Shown: positions 61,001 through 64,000 of the stretch, piece by piece
Layout: every line of letters starts with the position of its first letter
How positions within the stretch are numbered: position 1 is the stretch's first letter
The notes under the pieces: generated by a model
The model's database searches: none
Seen by the model: only the letters and a program-made list of their open reading frames with translations
What the model was told of the DNA's origin: nothing
From: Eledone cirrhosa
Lineage: Eukaryota
DNA: 64,000 nt
Assembly (NCBI GenBank): GCA_964016885.1
Contig: OZ024751.1
Coordinates: 52,824,001-52,888,000, forward strand
Reading direction: 5' to 3'
Translations under genes and position numbers: made by a program

Positions 61001-64000
61001 CAACTACACCAACAATTACAAGAGCAACAACTACATCAACAATTACAACAGCAACAACTACACCAACAATTACAACAGCAACAACTACACCAACAATTAC
61101 AACAGCAACAACTACACCAACAATTACAACAGCAACAACTACACCAACAATTACAACAGCAACAACTACACCAACAATTACAACAGCAACAACTACACCA
61201 GCAATTACAACAGCAACAACTACAGCAACAACTACACCAACAATTACAACAGCAACAACTACACCAACAATTACAAAAGCAACAACTACATCAACAACTA
61301 CACCAACAATTACAACAGCAACAACTACAACAGCAACAACTACATCAACAACTACACCAACGATTACAACAGCAACAACTACACCAACAATTACAACAGC
61401 AACAACTACATCAACAATTACAACATCAACAACTACATCAACAATTACAACAGCAACAACTACACCAACAATTACAACATCAACAACTACATCAACAATT
61501 ACATCAACAACAACTACACCAACAATTACAACAGCAACAACTACATCAACAATTACAACAGCAATAACTACACCAACAATTACAACAGCAACAACTACAC
61601 CAACAATTACAACAGCAACAACTACATCAACAACTACATCAACAATTACAACAGGAACAACTACATCAACAATTACAACAGCAACAACTACACCAACAAT
61701 TACAACAGCAACAACTACATCAACAACTACATCAACAATTACAACAGGAACAACTACATCAACAATTACAACAGCAACAACTACACCAACAATTACAACA
61801 GCAACAACTACATCAACAATTACAACAGGAACAACTACGTCAATAATTACAACAGCAACAACTACATCAAAAACTACATCAACAATTACAACAGCAACAA
61901 CTACATCAACAATTACAACAGCAACAACTACATCAACAACTACATCAACAACTACACCAACAATTACAACAGCAATAACTACATCAACAACTACACCAAC
62001 AATTACAACAGCAACAACTACATCAACAATTACAACAGAAACAACTACATCAACAACTACACCAACGATTACAACAGCAACAACTACACCAACAATTACA
62101 ACACCAACAACTACACCAACAATTACAACAGCAACAACTACATCAACAATTACAACAGCAACAACTACACCAACAATTACAACAGCAACAACTACACCAA
62201 CAATTACAACGGCAACAACTACATCAACAATTACAACAGCAGCAACTACATCAACAATTACACCAACAATTACAACAGCAACAACTACATCAACAACTAC
62301 ATCAACAACAACCACATCAACAATTACAACAGCAACAACTGCATCAACAATTACAACAGCAACAACTACACCAGCAATTACAACAGCAACAACTACATCA
62401 ACAATTACAACAGCAACAACTACACCAACAACTACACCAACAATTACAACAGCAACAACTACACCAACAATTACAACAGCAACAACTACATCAACAATTA
62501 CAACAGCAACAACTACATCAACAATTACAACATCAACAACTACACCAACAATTACAACAGCTACAACTACACCAACAAATACAACAGCAACAACTACACC
62601 AACAATTTCAACAGCAACAACTACATCAACAATTACAACAGCAACAACTACATCAACAACTACAACAGCAACAACTACACCAACAATTACAACAGCAACA
62701 ACTACACCAACAATTACAACAGCAACAACTACATCAACAATTACAACAGCAACAACTACACCAACAATTACAACAGCAACAACTACACCAACAATTACAA
62801 CAGCAGCAACTACATCAACAATTACAACATCAACAACTACATCAACAATTACAACAGCAACAACTACATCAACAATTACAACAGCAACAACTACATCAAC
62901 AACAACTACATCAACAATTACAACAGCAACAACTGCATCAACAATTACAACAGCAACAACTACACCAACAATTACAACAGCAACAACTACATCAACGATT
63001 ACAACAGCAACAACTACATCAACAATTACAACAGCAACAACTACACCAACAATTACAACAGCAACAACTACACCAACAATTACAAGAACTACATCAACAA
63101 TTACAACAGCAACAACTACACCAACAATTACAACAGCAACAACTACATCAACAATTACAACAGGAACAACTACATCAACAACTACACCAACAATTACAAC
63201 AGCAACAACTACATCAACAACTACACCAACAATTACAAGAGCAACAACTACATCAACAATTACAAGAGCAACAACTACATCAACAACTACACCAACAATT
63301 ACAACAGCAACAACTACATCAACAACTACACCAACAATTACAACAGCAACAACTACATCAACAACTACACCAACAATTACACCAACAATTACAACAGCAA
63401 CAACTACACCAACAATTACAACAGCAACAACTACATCAACAACTACACCAACAATTAGAAGAGCAACAACTACACCAACAATTACAACAGCAACAACTAC
63501 ATCAACAACTACACCAACAATTACAACAGCAACAACTACATCAACAATTACAACAGCAACAACTACACCAACAATTACAACAGCAACAACTACATCAACA
63601 ATTACAACAGGAACAACTACACCAACAATTACAACAGCAACAACTACATCAACAACTACACCAACAACTACACCAACAATTACAAGAGCAACAACTACAC
63701 CAACAATTACAACAGCAACAACTACATCAACAACTACACCAACAATTACAAGAGCAACAACTACATCAACAATTACAACAGCAACAACTACACCAACAAT
63801 TACAACAGCAACAACTACACCAACAATTACAACAGCAACAACTACACCAACAATTACAACAGCAACAACTACACCAACAATTACAACAGCAACAACTACA
63901 CCAACAATTACAACAGCAACAACTACACCAGCAATTACAACAGCAACAACTACAGCAACAACTACACCAACAATTACAACAGCAACAACTACACCAACAA
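29240..64000 (+). repeat. Giant 27-bp tandem array (15-bp + 12-bp subunits) with higher-order duplications; runs off the window
   Basis: Consensus CCAACAATTACAACA+GCAACAACTACA, main variants CCA/TCA and GCA/TCA; no interspersed elements seen in over 34.7 kb. Confidence 0.97.

Noticed and set aside
29205-62315. Minus-strand 1500-3300-aa Val-rich ORFs as real genes
   Set aside because: Their main codons (GTT, GTA, ATT, GGT, GAT, GCT) cannot become stops by one substitution, so an open frame is expected without selection; they break at each frameshift
29240-64000. CRISPR array or telomeric repeat
   Set aside because: No unique spacers and no cas genes; the unit is unrelated to TTAGGG-type repeats

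Overview
AT-rich, repeat-saturated eukaryotic DNA. The SINE/RTE/Penelope repertoire and huge (TA)n tracts suggest an octopod cephalopod (inference). No intact host protein-coding gene is convincingly visible. Bases 1-29,200 are a mosaic of mobile elements: a 5'-truncated RTE-type LINE whose open RT ORF carries a C4HC3 (PHD-type) finger inside the RT; a decayed Helitron-like element that hosts it; many RTE 3' fragments; two tRNA-derived SINE families; and several Penelope-like (PLE) remnants carrying minimal type-I hammerhead ribozyme motifs. This part also has fold-back palindromes from about 30 bp to about 3.3 kb, mostly next to (TA)n. From about 29,240 to the window end (over 34.7 kb, truncated) is one strand-asymmetric 27-bp tandem array (CCAACAATTACAACAGCAACAACTACA). 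It reads as mucin-like PTITTATTT repeats, keeps triplet phase almost perfectly and has kb-scale higher-order duplications, but it carries duplicated TGA stops and +1 frameshifts.
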